The notes under the pieces were generated by a model that saw nothing but the letters and a program-made list of their open reading frames with translations, had not been told where the DNA came from and made no database searches. A stretch of DNA of 64,000 bases from Hyaloraphidium curvatum SAG 235-1 (taxonomy: Eukaryota; Fungi; Monoblepharomycota). The translations under genes were made by a program, and so were the position numbers. The stretch is from positions 62,001 through 126,000 of the forward strand of contig JAIVFI010000031.1 of assembly GCA_025558095.1 (NCBI GenBank), given 5' to 3'. Below are positions 1-12,249 of the stretch, in pieces. Numbering within the stretch: position 1 is the stretch's first letter; the number at the start of each line of letters is the position of its first letter.

Positions 1-803
1 CGAGCTGTTTGCCGACCTCGCTGGTTCCCTTGACACGCTGCGCTGGACGCTCCCCGGCGGCCGGCTGGCCAACTTGGTACCCGACCCCCAGGTGCTGACC
101 GCGGCCCTCGGCCATCCGCGCTCTCTGCACCTGCGCCGCGGGCGCCCCCTCGAATTCCCTTCCTCGTGGCTCGCCTCTATCCTCCCGGAAGGCAGCCGTT
201 TATTCCGACCTGCGCATGGAGCGGTTCGCCGCGGCCGACGCCACCGCCCCGCTCCAAGCGTCCTTCCTCGCTGCGCACGGGGAACGTCTGACCAGCCTGA
301 CCCTGTCGGGATGGACCGTGTCGTCCCTCTCGCTCGGGGGCAACGATCCGCCGTGGTACCTCGTCTGCGCCGCCGTCCGCGATCTCCCCTCCCTGCGCCG
401 CCTCCGGCTCATCGAATGCGGGCAGGGCGGCATGGCGACCGCCTGCATAATGCAGATGCTGGCGCTGGCGCCTGCGGATCTGGCGGAGCTGGAGCTGGCG
501 CAGGCGCAGGCGGGGTTGAGGCTCGGGCCGCCGTGGATGGTCCTCCTGCTGAGGCTGCGGCGCCTGAAGAGGCTGCGGCGCCTGAAGAGGCTGCGGCTCC
601 GGCTCAGGGCTGACCGATGGTCGGCCGATGAGGAGCGGGCGGCCAAGGCTGTGGGACAGATGCGGTCGCTCGAGGCGCTCGACGCCGGCGGCGCGTGGTG
701 GGCAGATCAGGCGCGGGAGGCGGCGGCGGCGTTGGTGCCACGGCGGACACTGCGGATGGCGTGGGATCCCGATACGGAGCCGGTCGGCCCACTGTCAAGT
801 TAA
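1..803 (+). CDS. Leucine-rich (RNI/F-box-LRR-like) protein, 3' part; 5' end lies outside the window; reading frame changes near 200-216
   Basis: LxxLxL patterns (LTSLTLSG, LPSLRRLRL, MRSLEALD). Frame 2 is open from base 2 and the 216..803 frame continues it. An 18-nt tandem repeat encodes LRRLKRLRRLKR. Confidence 0.45.
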
Positions 804-1110
804 GTCTTGAGAGCTGTGTATTTGCGGAGAAAGGGCGGGAGCGAGCCGACCGGCGGCGCGGATCAGCGTCGACCCTCACTAGTCCGGCACTGACCGTGCT
901 GCGATTTGGATAGAGCTGTTCCGACTTCGACGCAAAAAGGTGCGGAAAATGTAATGCCATCTCGCAGAATCCCCAAACATGATTGTTGTTGCCAGAATCG
1001 GCGAAAGCGAACCGCCCTCCCAAAACAGACCAAACTACATCGCGTTAGCACCTGCTGCGAGAGCCGGAGAAGCATTCTTCCAACCTGATCTCCCGGCACG
1101 GTGAATACGG

Positions 1111-1650
1111 TCAGTAGGCGCTGCCGAACCCGAATCCCCACCCCCCGTCCGAGCCGGACCCGTACTCGCCGTCCCCGCTGCCGCTCCCCCCGCTCCCGCT
1201 CCCGCCCTCCCCGTCGCTCTCGTCGTACTTGGCCTTCTTGGCCCCGTGCCCCTCCCCCTTCTTCCCGCCCTTGGGCACCCACTCCGCCAGCACCGCCACC
1301 TCTTCGGCCGTCACGACCCAGTCCTCGCTGCCGTCGCCCCCCGCGTGCCTCTTTCTGACCAGCCCCGTCGTCTTGTCGACCTTGTTCCGCGCCCTCATCT
1401 CCCCGGCGCCGAGGCCCCACGGGTTCCGCAGGAACACGTCCTCCGAGCACGCGTTGGCCAGCGCGACGGTGGCGAACGCGCCGATGACCTTGGTGTCGGG
1501 CGGCGAGTACGAGTGGAAGCCGTCGGGGGGGTAGCCGAAGGAGGTGCGGACGACGTAGATTTTGGGCGGGGCGGCGGCGGCCGGGGCGGGAGCGGGGGCG
1601 GGGGACGCCTTGCGCTTGGGCGCGGCGGCGGAGGTCTGCTTCGGGGGCAT
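1111..1650 (-). CDS. Hypothetical protein (about 179 aa) with Gly/Ser/Asp-rich tail
   Basis: ATG at 1650 (MPPKQTSAAAPKRKAS...), a globular-looking middle (KIYVVRTSFGYPPDG) and GC3-rich codons. Confidence 0.6.
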   Translation of the reverse strand: MPPKQTSAAAPKRKASPAPAPAPAAAAPPKIYVVRTSFGYPPDGFHSYSPPDTKVIGAFATVALANACSEDVFLRNPWGLGAGEMRARNKVDKTTGLVRKRHAGGDGSEDWVVTAEEVAVLAEWVPKGGKKGEGHGAKKAKYDESDGEGGSGSGGSGSGDGEYGSGSDGGWGFGFGSAY

Positions 1651-2273
1651 CGCGGGCTGCGCGAGGGGCGAGCCAGGAGGTTGCTGGGCGCGGAAAGGGG
1701 AGGAGGAGGGCTCGAAGGCGATGCGGCGGAGGGCGAAGTCGGCGGGACCGGCATACCAGAGCGCGTGGGAGGCGCAGCTCTGACCAGTCGAGATCTTCGA
1801 CGAAGCAAAAGGCCCTGAACCAGCATAGCCGCCCGGCTGGAACGGCACATCGCCGGCGAGTTCGTCCCCGGCTCCGTCTTCCGGCGGCGCAGAGGCCTCC
1901 ATCGTCGGTGCACGGGGGGAGGCGGAGTTAAACAAAGCCAGCGGTACGCCAGCTGGGACGGACCTGGCACGGAACGAATCAGCTGAACCTCCCCGGAGCT
2001 CGAGGAGGCAAAGGGACGTCTTTTCGATGTCCCCATCGAGGAATGATGTCACCGCGACGGATGGTGCTTCTTCCGAGCTGCGCTTGGCCGGCGCACGGAT
2101 GAACGGTGCCGGCAGCCCGAATGGGCGGGAGGGTAGCACAGGACGGATCGTTTCCCCTTTTTCCTCGATCCTTTGCCCGACTTGACCCATCGGCACAGGG
2201 TGGATTGCCTGCGGCGGCAGTCCGTCCCGCCCGCGATCCCTTTCCCCCGCCCACTCCCCCGCCGCGGTCCGGG

Positions 2274-3041
2274 ATGCCCGACCGCCCCGCGACCCCGCCG
2301 GCGGCCACCCTCCGCTCGCCTTTGGAGCTGCTTGCCTCGGTGTCGCTGCCGTCGCCCGGGGACGAGCGGAAGCGCCGCGCGGACGCCGAGGGGGCGAAGG
2401 AGGGCGGGAGGGAGAAGCGGTGCGCATCGCGCGGAATGCGGGACGGGAAGGCTGATTTCCATTTCGATGGTGGCAGGCAAAGGGGGGACTCGCCGCCGTC
2501 GGCGCCCACCCCGCCCTCGGCACCGCACGCTCCCCCGCCGCAGGCCCCCTTCCCGCAACCCGGGCTGACCCCCCTCCCCCCCGCAAAATCCGACTTCCTC
2601 CTCCCCTTCTCCGCGCTGTACGACCACCTTGCCGTGCGCACGGCGCTTTTGGACGAACAGATCCGCCGCTCGGCCGCGGTGCTCGAGACGCTGAGCGCCG
2701 CCGGGACCATGGTGGAGCAGCTCGCGCGGGCGCAGTGCAGGCTGGCGATGGCCGAGTTTGCGGGCAAGGTGGGGAGGGCGCTGGTGGATCTGGACGCGAG
2801 GGTGTCGAGGTTGGAGGGGGCGGGGGCGGGCACGGGGGACGAGGGCGGGTCGGGACGGGGGAAGGGGGCCAACGGGCTGGCGGACGGCAGGAAGGACCCA
2901 GTGGAGGCGGTGGTGGAGGAGGTGGCGCGGATGGCGGAGCGGGTGGCGGAGGTCGAGGCCGGGGCGGGCGGGGGGGGCCCCTCCGGGCGGGGAGGCGGGG
3001 CCGAGGACGGACTAAACACGGGGGGGCGGACTGAACACTGA
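2274..3041 (+). CDS. Hypothetical coiled-coil protein, probable in-frame intron at 2420-2476
   Basis: ATG at 2274. GTGCGC...CTGAT...CAG 57-nt intron. Helical heptad-like segments (ALVDLDARVSRLE). Confidence 0.55.
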   Translation: MPDRPATPPAATLRSPLELLASVSLPSPGDERKRRADAEGAKEGGREKRCASRGMRDGKADFHFDGGRQRGDSPPSAPTPPSAPHAPPPQAPFPQPGLTPLPPAKSDFLLPFSALYDHLAVRTALLDEQIRRSAAVLETLSAAGTMVEQLARAQCRLAMAEFAGKVGRALVDLDARVSRLEGAGAGTGDEGGSGRGKGANGLADGRKDPVEAVVEEVARMAERVAEVEAGAGGGGPSGRGGGAEDGLNTGGRTEH

Positions 3042-3615
3042 GGGGCTGTGTCGGGGGGGCGACACAGGCCGGCGGCTGCTACGTTATCTGGTTTCGTTGG
3101 GGTGCCTGTGTTGGATCTCTGATCTTGGTATTGGGCGGCAATGGGGGATCTCCTTGGGTGGGATCTCTTCGAGTCCGGGGAATCAATCCGGCCGCTGCAT
3201 CCAGTTTATCCCATCCGTGTCGTTTGCTGTCCGACTCCGCGCCCCTGTTTGCCTGCGGACGGGTGATCTGGGCCGCCGTCTGTGCGGTTTGTCGTTTTGC
3301 TTGCCCGCGCGTGATCACGCCCGCCCCCGCAACCGCAATCCCTCTGCCCGGCCCGGCAAGCCCTTGCCGGCCTCGAATCGGCTCGCCGCGCCGCCGCGGC
3401 ACTGCGTTTGTCCGGGCCGAGTGGCCGCCGAGTGCCGCGCGCCGCCGCCGGGCGCCGCTGTCGGGGGGTGCCGCCGCCCGCGCTTTGTTCGACGCACTTC
3501 CGCGGGCCGCCCAGCGCGCACCCGGACTCCGCGCCCCGCCGCACTCCGCGGCCGCGCTAGGTTAGCCGTAACCTAGCCGGGAGGGCCCGGCGCAGGCCGG
3601 GGAGCCGGGTCGGAG

Positions 3616-4662
3616 ATGCCGCCGCGCACCAAGCGGGCCGCCGCCGGGGAGGGCGAGGAGGCGCCCCGCCGCGGCCGCCGCGCCAAGCCCGAGGACGCCC
3701 TCGAACACCACGACCACGCCCACGAAGAGCACCTGCCGCAGGAGGGGGAGCACTTCGAGCACGCGCTGGAGCACCAGATCGACGAGCACGGCAACCCGCT
3801 GCCCGGCGCGGAGCACGCAGAGTACGCCGCGGAGTACGCGGAAGGCTACGCCGCCGACTACGCCGACGCCGCCCAGCCCTGCGAGCACGGCTACCTCCCG
3901 CACGAGTGCCCCACCTGCGCCGCCGCCGCCGCCGACAACCCGCTGTGCCCGCACGGCGCGGACCCCGAGCAGTGCGCCGGCTGCGCGCCCTTCTGCGCCC
4001 ACGGCAGGCAGCGCCACGCGTGCAAGGAGTGCGGCAACGCCGAGTGCGCGCACGGGAAAAAGTGGAAGAACTGCCGCGAGTGCGGCAGCATGCAGTTCTG
4101 CGAGCACGGCAAGCAGCGCAGCAGGTGCAAGGACTGCGGCGGCTCCGGCTTCTGCGAGCACGACCGGCTCCGCTACAGCTGCAAGGAGTGCCGCGGCGCC
4201 GGGGTCTGCCCGCATGGGAGGCTGCGCAGGCACTGCAAGCAGTGCGGCGGGCCCGGCATCTGCCAGCACGGCAAGGTGCGCTTCGCGTGCCGCGACTGCG
4301 GCGGCGCGTCCTTCTGCGAGCACGGGCGGCAGCGCACGCGGTGCAAGGACTGCGGCGGCGGGGCCATCTGCGAGCACCAGCGCCGGCGGTACGTGTGCAA
4401 GGACTGCGGGGGCGCGGGCATCTGCGAGCACGGCAGGCAGAGGTGGCAGTGCCGCGACTGCAAGCTGGCCAAGGCCGCGCAGACGGGGGAGATGCCGGCA
4501 CCCAGGAAGAGGGCGCCGAGGGCAAAGGGGAAGAAGGCCGCGGCCGCCGCCGGGGAGGAGCACGGGGACGGGGAGGAGGGCGCGGCGCCGCACCCGACCG
4601 GCGACGAGGAGGTGGTCGAGGCCGAGTACGGCTACGCCGGCGGGCCCGGGTACTACTCGTAG
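3616..4662 (+). CDS. Cys/His repeat zinc-binding protein (tandem 18-aa CxHG(R/K)xRxxCxxCGG repeats)
   Basis: 348-aa ORF with an acidic His-rich N-terminus, about 9-10 CEHGRQRxxCKDCGG units and a basic NLS-like segment (PRKRAPRAKGKK). Confidence 0.8.
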   Translation: MPPRTKRAAAGEGEEAPRRGRRAKPEDALEHHDHAHEEHLPQEGEHFEHALEHQIDEHGNPLPGAEHAEYAAEYAEGYAADYADAAQPCEHGYLPHECPTCAAAAADNPLCPHGADPEQCAGCAPFCAHGRQRHACKECGNAECAHGKKWKNCRECGSMQFCEHGKQRSRCKDCGGSGFCEHDRLRYSCKECRGAGVCPHGRLRRHCKQCGGPGICQHGKVRFACRDCGGASFCEHGRQRTRCKDCGGGAICEHQRRRYVCKDCGGAGICEHGRQRWQCRDCKLAKAAQTGEMPAPRKRAPRAKGKKAAAAAGEEHGDGEEGAAPHPTGDEEVVEAEYGYAGGPGYYS

Positions 4663-5298
4663 GCCCGCCGAAGGGGGACTGGATACGCGCAAGCCCGCTC
4701 TGGGCGCGACGAACGATCGGAGGAGGGGGTGGGCGAGCGCGGTCGCCCGCGTGAGGAACGGAGCGGGGGGATCAGCGGCCTCACGGCCATCGAGGGACTC
4801 TCTGCGGGATCGAGGGTGGACTGCATAGACGGCAAAGGCCGGCTCCTGTCTTCTTCTTTGTAGTAGCTAGCGGTGGATACATCTTTGGGATCGACGTCGG
4901 GCTTCGGCTGCGAAAGACCGCGGCCTTGTAAGAGGCCAACCCCCCGGCATGCCGGCGCCGAGACAGTCCCAAAGTACCGCCCTGGGGACGGGGAACCGAC
5001 GCGTCGGGGGTTGCCGTGGCAGGGCTGCACCGCCATCGCCCAAGGCCTGATTAGTAAGCGCGGCCGGGCCCGGCCTTGTGCCCGGGGCGCCCCCGGCAAT
5101 CACGGATTCCACCGGATTCCGAGCCCTTTGGAATCCGCCGCGAATGTCTCGCCTTCCCACGGAAGACCCGGCCGGTTTTTCGGGGAGCTTGGCGCCCGCC
5201 TGGTCTTTGTCAGCCCGCCCGGCCGCCGGCCGCTGGACCCGCCCTCGCCCCGCGCCATGGCTGACCGTACGGCAAACGAAACGTGCCGGGACCGCGCG

Positions 5299-8200
5299 AT
5301 GCGGGCGCTCCTCGCAGCCGCGTGCCTGCTCCTCCTCGCGGCGCTGCCGTGCCACGCGTCGTGGGCGGCGGGGCCGGCGTGCTGCGCGGGGTGCGCGTAC
5401 GACAATGCGCTGCGGTGCTGCTGGTGGGTGCCCCGCGCTCCCCGATCGAGCGGGACCGCTGATCGATCCCGGCAGCCCGCGGCGGCCGGCGCGGACGGTG
5501 TGGGTGCGGCGCACGGCGACGGCGCGGCGGACGGCGACGCGGGTGGTGAGCCGGACGGTGACGGTGACGGCGGGGGCGGCGCCGTTCCTCGCCGGACGCG
5601 GGTTCGCGTTCGGGTTCGATGAGCCGGCGGGGGAACCGGCGGGGGAAGCGGCGGAGGAACAGGCGGAGGAACAGGCTGGGGATGCGGCGGACGAAGCGGC
5701 GGACGAGCTTCCCGCCGGGACCGCCCTCCCCGCCCTCTTTGCGCGGCACGAATGCCCCGTCTGCCCCGTTTCCAAGCTGGCCCCCGGCAGCCCCGGCCGC
5801 CCGTGCTGCCCGCCGCGCCGCACCGTCACGCGCACCTCCGTCTCCACCCGCACGCGCACCGCGACGGTCGTGCGCACCTCGACGGTGCGCAGGACCGCGA
5901 CGGCAAAAGCACCCCCGGCGCCCGCCGTGGTCACCATCGACGGCCGGCTGTTCGCCGACGCCGACGGCGACGGCCTCTTCTCCCCCCCGCGGGAACGCCC
6001 CCGCCCCTTCGACCCCGTCCTCCTCCTGCTCCTGCCCTCCCTCCGCCGCCGCGCCGACCCGGCCGTGCTGAACGAGACCACCACTGACGCCCTCGGCCTG
6101 TTTTCCCTCTCGGCGGCGCTGCTCCCCGGGCAGGTCGCGGGGGTGGCGAGGGGGAGGGAGAGGGGGAGGGTGCTGTTCCGCGCCCAGGTCGGGGGGGACG
6201 GGAGGTTGGTGGGGGTGGGGGGGACAGTGGACGTGCCGGGACCCGCGGATCCGAGCACCTCTTCGTCGGCGGCGGCGACGACGTTGGAGACGGCGCCCAG
6301 CACCTCGTTCACGCCCTCGAGTTCGACGCTTTCCGGGACCTCGGAGACTCAGACTGCCACCTCGTTCACGGCATCTAGCTCTACGCTTTCGACCACCTCG
6401 GAGACTCAGACTACCACCTCGTTCACGGCGTCGAGCTCTACGCTTTCCAGCACGTCGGAGACGGCAGCGACCTCGGAATCGCAGAGCTTGACGGCCACGA
6501 CTAGCGAGTCGCAGAGCTTGACCGCGACCACGAGCGAGAGCCCGAGCTTGACCGCGACGACGAGCGAGAGCCAGAGCTTGACGGCGACCACGAGCGAGAG
6601 CCAGAGCTTGACGGCGACGACGAGCGAGAGCCAGAGCTTGACGGCGACGACGAGCGAGTCGCAGAGTCTGACGGCCACGACAAGCGAAAGCCAGAGCTTG
6701 ACGGGGACGACCAGCGAATCTGCTTCCGCAACGGCAACGACCACGGAATCGCAAAGCTTGACAGCAACGACTTCGGAATCGGCGAGCTTGACGGCGACGA
6801 CCAGCGAGAGCCAGAGCTTGACCGCAACAACCTCGGAGTCGCAGAGCTTGACTGCAACGACTTCGGAGTCGCAGAGCCTGACGGCGACGACCAGCGAATC
6901 TGCTTCCGCAACAGCAACGACCTCCGAGTCCCTCACCTCGTCGACCTCTGTCACCGTTTCGCTTACGACGGAAACGCAGGTTCGTACCGTCCTTCCTTGC
7001 CGTTTGGAGCAAGGGTGCTGAGCAGAGCGGATGCCCGCAGACCACCGAGACCGCCACTTCGAGCACGACCTCCGAGTCCTCCACGCCATCGACGGTACGT
7101 TGCTTTGCTTGGCTGGGGACCAGTGACGGCGCTAATGCTTGTGGGGCTCCAGACCACCGAGTCGGCAACACCGAGCTCGACGTCGGAGACGCCCACCACG
7201 GAAACGCCGAGCTCCACCTCGGAGACCCTCTCCACCACGTCAGAGACGATCTCCAGCACCTCTTTCACGCCGTCCACCTCGACGCTCTCCAGCAGTTCGC
7301 GGACACTGAGCAGCACGTCCTTCACGCCTTCGACTTCGAGCTTCACGGCATCCACCTCGAGCTTCACGCCTTCGACTTCGAGCCTCACGCCTTCGACTTC
7401 GAGCTTCAGCGCCACCAGCAGCACGACGAGCGTCAGCCTCACGAGTTCGACGACATCCGAGAGCCTCACGAGTTCGACAACATCAGAAAGCCGGACGAGC
7501 TCCACGACCTCGCAAACCTCGACGAGCCAGACGCGCACCTCGACGAGTCGGTCGGCGACAACGACGAACGTAAGTGCGCCCGCCGAGTCTCGCACCTTGC
7601 TCCGCCAACCCGACCCGTAATCTCGCAGACCGCAACGTCCACGGCGGCAACCACTTCGGAGACACCGAGCACAAGCAGTTTGACGGCGACGTCTTCGGAC
7701 ACGCAGACTTCCAGCTCCCCGACGACCTCGGAGACGCACACCACCACGACTTCGGCGAGCCGGACGGTGACGGGGACGGCGGTGGGTCTCCAGCTTGATG
7801 GTGGTCTTCTTTCCCGCTCAACCCCCGCCAGACCGCGTCCGAGACGGCCACGTCGACCACGATCTCGGAGACCGCCACCACGTCGCAGAGCAGCTCGACG
7901 AGCAGCTTCACGGCCCCCACGTCGTCCCTCACGCCTTCGACGAGCAGCAGGAGCTTCACCCCGTCCAGCACATCGGGGACGGCGACCGCCTCGCGGTCCT
8001 TCACGCCCTCGACGACCAGCGCCAGCGCCACGGCGACTTCCACGAGCGCGACGCCGAGCAGTACATCGGTGGGCGTGTGCGCTTGGGGTCTTCCGATCGG
8101 CTGCTGACGTGAGGTTCCCTTCCAGCTCACTCCCTCTAGTACCTCGCAGACCACGGCTACGCGGACCCCGAGCACGAGCTCCCTGACGCAGACGTACACG

Positions 8201-10339
8201 TCTTCGACCAGCAGCGAGACGGCAACGACCTCGAGGACCCACACACCGAGCTCGAGCTCGGTGACAGCCACGAGTTCTCGGACCGAAACGACCACCTCGC
8301 GGTCGTTCACGTCCTCGACAACCAGCGCGAGCCTCACGGCCACTTCCACGAGTGGGACAGCCACCAGCACTTCGGTGGGCTTGCCGGTGGAGAAATCCGG
8401 TGCGATCGGATGCTGATCTTGGCCGTTAGCTCACCTCGAGCTCCTCGGAAACGGCCACCACATCGGCGTCGTTCACCCCCTCCTCGACCAGCGAGACCCC
8501 GACGACGTCGAGCTCTTCCTTGACAGAGACCAGCAGCTCCGTTGCCCAAATCGAGACTAGCTCGACCGACTCGGCCACGCCCACCAGCTCCACCTTGCGG
8601 TCGAGCACGAGCCGCACGGAGACCACCTCCAGGACCACCCGGAGCCGGACGCGCACCTCCAGCACGCTGACAAGGACCCGCACCTCGAGCACGAGCCGGA
8701 CCCTGACGAGCTCCACAACCTCGCGGACGGTGACGAGCAGCTCCCTCACCAGGACCTCGACGAGCCGGACTTTCACCGCCACCACTTCGCGAAGTCTCAC
8801 GGTTGGTGTCCGACCCCCCGCTTGGGCGATCTCTGGTGACCCGTGCCTGACCCATTCGCAGACCTCGCGCACTCAGACGACGTCTACCCCCTTGCCTCCG
8901 TACCCGTTCGTTTACGGGGGTCCTTCATCCGACTACTTGGAGGCTCTCACCACGGCAGCGGACGGCTCCGTGTACGCGGTTGGCCACACCGCGTCCACCT
9001 CGTTCCAGTTCGGTCCCTTCGCCGCCGCGGGATTATTGGAGGCTACGGCCTACATTGGGAAGCTCTCTTCCGCGGGCGTGCCCACGTGGTTCCGGAGCTT
9101 CGGCAACGCCTTCAGATCGGGGCCGAAGTTCGTCGGGTCAGCCACGGACCCGTCGGGCGACGTCTTTGTCCTGGGAAGGTCGCCGCAGGATTCCCTTGGG
9201 GGCACGTCGTTGGGCACGTCGCTCAACGGCCTGGTAAAAGTGTTCGTGGCCAAGCTCTCGGGATCGGACGGCTCTCTGCTTTGGATCCGGGCGTGGGTGC
9301 ACCGGGACTTTCGCATCGCGGCGAGGGCAGCAGCTGACCGGGGTGCCGGATTCGCAGATGGGCCTCCCAGAACAGCGTGTCGCTGGGCGTGAACGATCAG
9401 TTCCCGACCGGGATGGACGTGGACGCGTCGGGCAACCCGGTGTTTTGCGGGTGGTTCCGCGGAGGGGAGCACACGCTGGGCATGGCAGTCACGACGGACC
9501 AAGCGTACTGCGCCAAGATCTCCGGCACTACTGGGGCGGTGCTTTGGGTCGTATCGATGGGGCCCAGTGCCATCGCGGCGGACCTGAAGCCGGCCGTGGA
9601 CTCCTCCGACGACGTCGTTGTTGCCTTGACCGCGTATTCGAGCGTATCCTTCAACAGTACGACGACCGTGGCAGGGGCATTGGCAGCAGGCACGAGCGAC
9701 TGGGCGGGCTTCATTGCAAAGTACAGCTCCTCGGGATCGCTGCTGTGGGCCAAGAAGGTCACGGACTCGGATAACCTCAGGCCCCTCGCGATCGACACCG
9801 ATTCCTCGGGTAACGTCTACGTCATCGGTGGGGTCACCGGTTCCTTCACCTTTGCCGGCTCGACCTTCTCCGGGCTCGACTTTCTCGGGTTCGAGGACTG
9901 CTTCTTGGTCAAGTACAGTAGCTTGGGAGCCGAACTGTGGGGACGGGCCTACTTCAACAGCTCCGGAACCGGAGTGCCGTGCAGGGGCCTTGCCGTGACG
10001 TCGACAGACGTCTACATTGGGGGGCACTTGGGCGACCTCTCGTCGTTTAACTTCGGCTCAACGAGGGTCAGGGGGCCGACGCTGTGGTTCGGCAGGGTCT
10101 CCTCGTCGGGAACGGCGTCGAAGGTGGTCCAGGTCGCGAACATTATGAGCAACCCTGTCGGCCAATCCGTCGATCATGCGACGCTCCGGGGCTCGAGCTT
10201 GTACTTCGGTGGCGGCATAGTAGGGGACCCGGCCGTTTCATCGCCCACTCTGTCGGGGGTCCCTGTGCCGGTGGACGCCATTTTCTCCGACGGCTTCATC
10301 TTCAAGTTTGACACCGGCCTAAATGTGCTGACTTCGTAA
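5299..10339 (+). CDS. Large secreted modular protein: signal peptide, Cys/Arg-Thr module, SdrD-B-like Ig domain, Ser/Thr stalk, C-terminal SBBP-like beta-propeller; about 9 introns
   Basis: MRALLAAACLLLLAAL signal. Intron 5424-5475 joins into the CPRRPART frame. LFADADGDG motif. S/T-rich exons in changing frames are separated by GT..AG introns. Repeats such as D-x-SG-N-VYV-x-G and FLVKYSSxGxxLW occur in 8880-10339. Confidence 0.75.
6470..6919 (+). repeat. Coding tandem repeat, 30 bp x 15 (TSESQSLTAT)
   Basis: Read directly from sequence and translation. Confidence 0.9.
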
Positions 10340-10508
10340 TCGGGGCGCGTCGGATTGATTTATGTGATTGGCGAAAGGGGAAGGAGCGGGCGCGGACGAC
10401 AGCAAGCTATCGATCCGGCTGATAAATGTAGTTGTGCGAAGTTAGCAAGTTACATTCGTGCATCTACGCGGGCGAGGTCCCGAACGAGCCGCCCGACGCC
10501 CCCAAGCC

Positions 10509-12215
10509 CTACTCCTTCTTGCCCGCCGCCTCGAAACACGTCAGCGCGGCTTCGAGCAGCCTCTCGGACCTGAAATCCCCCAAGAGAGCGACCTGCAGCC
10601 CAGACGGGCAGCTGCGCGACAAGTTAGCTCCACATCCTTCCGACCGGAAGCAAACTCACTAGGCGAACGCGATCCCCCGCCCCGCATCCCACTGCAGCAC
10701 GCTCCCCGCGTACCCGAACCACCCCGTCCACCTAGCCCCCTTGCCCCGGGCCACCGATTTCGCGCTGGGAGGCTGGTGCGGGTACCGCTGCCCCTCGCCG
10801 ACGGCCCAGCCGCCCTTTGTCCAGGGCTGCTGGACGCGGAGCACGCGGCATTCCTGCACGTCCGGGTCCTCCGACATGGCCTCGTCCACCGTCTTTTGGC
10901 TGATCACGCGCACGCCGTCCAGCTCCCCGCCGTAGCAGATCAGCGCGGCCAGCCGCGCCATCGACCTCGCGTTGGACAGCGTGCCGAACGCGGGGTGCTG
11001 CCCCCTCCTGAGCCCCCAGTGGTTGTTCATCCCCGCCGCCGTCTTGCGCGGCGGCTTCTCCGTCACCGGGCAGGGTTTGGTGACCTTGGGCACCGAGCCG
11101 GCGAGGGAGCGTTCGGCGACGGGGTTGGGGCCCGAGGAAATGGCGCGGCGGATGGCTTCGGGGAGGGGGTCGGGGTTGATGGCGAGCGGGAAGAGGGCGC
11201 GGAGGATGACGCGCCAGGTGGGGTAGCTTTTCCGGCGGGGGCGGAGTCAGCATTCGGACGGGAGGCCGAGCGGCGCGGGACGCACTCGGTCAGGTCCCAG
11301 ACCCGCCGCATGACCTCGGGGGTCTCAGGCACCGAGACGTAGACGGGGAAGCCGTGCGGGTCGTCCTTGCGCGCGACGAGGGGCATCAGCTCGAGGTCCA
11401 GGACGTCCTTGGCCGTGTACCGCTTGGGATGCGTCCGGCGGAGGACCTCTGCGGCAGCGTCCGCGGTCAGCCCGCGTCTCCGACGGCTCCGCGACGGAAT
11501 CACCGTTGAGGTACCACCCGTTGGTCGCCGCGTGGTAGCTGTGGACCTTCTCGCCCCCGTAGTTGTGCCCCTGCCGTGCCAGCTTGTCCACCACCCCGTC
11601 CAGGTCCCAGAACTCCTCGGCCTCGAACTTGTTCTCGTCGTCCAGCCAGCCCACCCCGCCGCGGTGCCGCAGCAGGTCGCCCACGGTGACGTCGTGCTTG
11701 TTCCCCTGCGCGAACTCCGGCCACACGTCGGCCACCTTCATGTCGTAGGAGAGGTACCCCCTGTCGACGCAAAAGGCCACGACGACGGCCATGATGGCCT
11801 TTCCCGACGAGAAGATCTGGTTCACGCTCCCCAGGTCGTACTTGCGCCCGTTGTCCTTGAGCCCGCCGGCGATGTCGACCACGGGCCGGCCGCCGGCGTA
11901 GAAGCAGAAGCCGGCGCCGGCCTCGTGCCCGCCGCACACGTTGGCGAGGAAGGCATCGAGCACGGGCAGGTAGTCCGGGTGCACGCGGCCCGTGGCCGAA
12001 TAGCGGGGCGAATCGAGGTCGAAGGCGAGCAGGCCGTCCGCGTCCGGTTCGCCTTTGGCCAAATCGGCGGCCTTTGGCGGGGTAGGAGGGCCGAAGAAGA
12101 CGGCTGACGCGGGGGAGAAGGCGCCGGCCGAGAGAACGCGGCGGGCGGCGAGGCCCGCGAGGAGCACGGCACCGCCGGCGGCGGCGGCAGCCTTGGCGAG
12201 CGGCGAGTCGAGCAT
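10509..12215 (-). CDS. Beta-lactamase-related serine hydrolase (family VIII esterase type), intron-containing
   Basis: SxxK motif FSSGK; VADVWPEFAQGNKHDVTVGDLLRHRGG; YHAxTxGW; C-terminal GWFGYAGS; N-terminal hydrophobic anchor. Confidence 0.85.
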
Positions 12216-12249
12216 CGTCGTGGAGGGGGACGGCGTGGGCGAGGGTCGT

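Noticed and set aside
6470-6919. CRISPR-like array of 30-bp repeats
   Set aside because: No spacers. The repeats are contiguous, in-frame and vary mostly at synonymous positions, so this is a coding Ser/Thr stalk.
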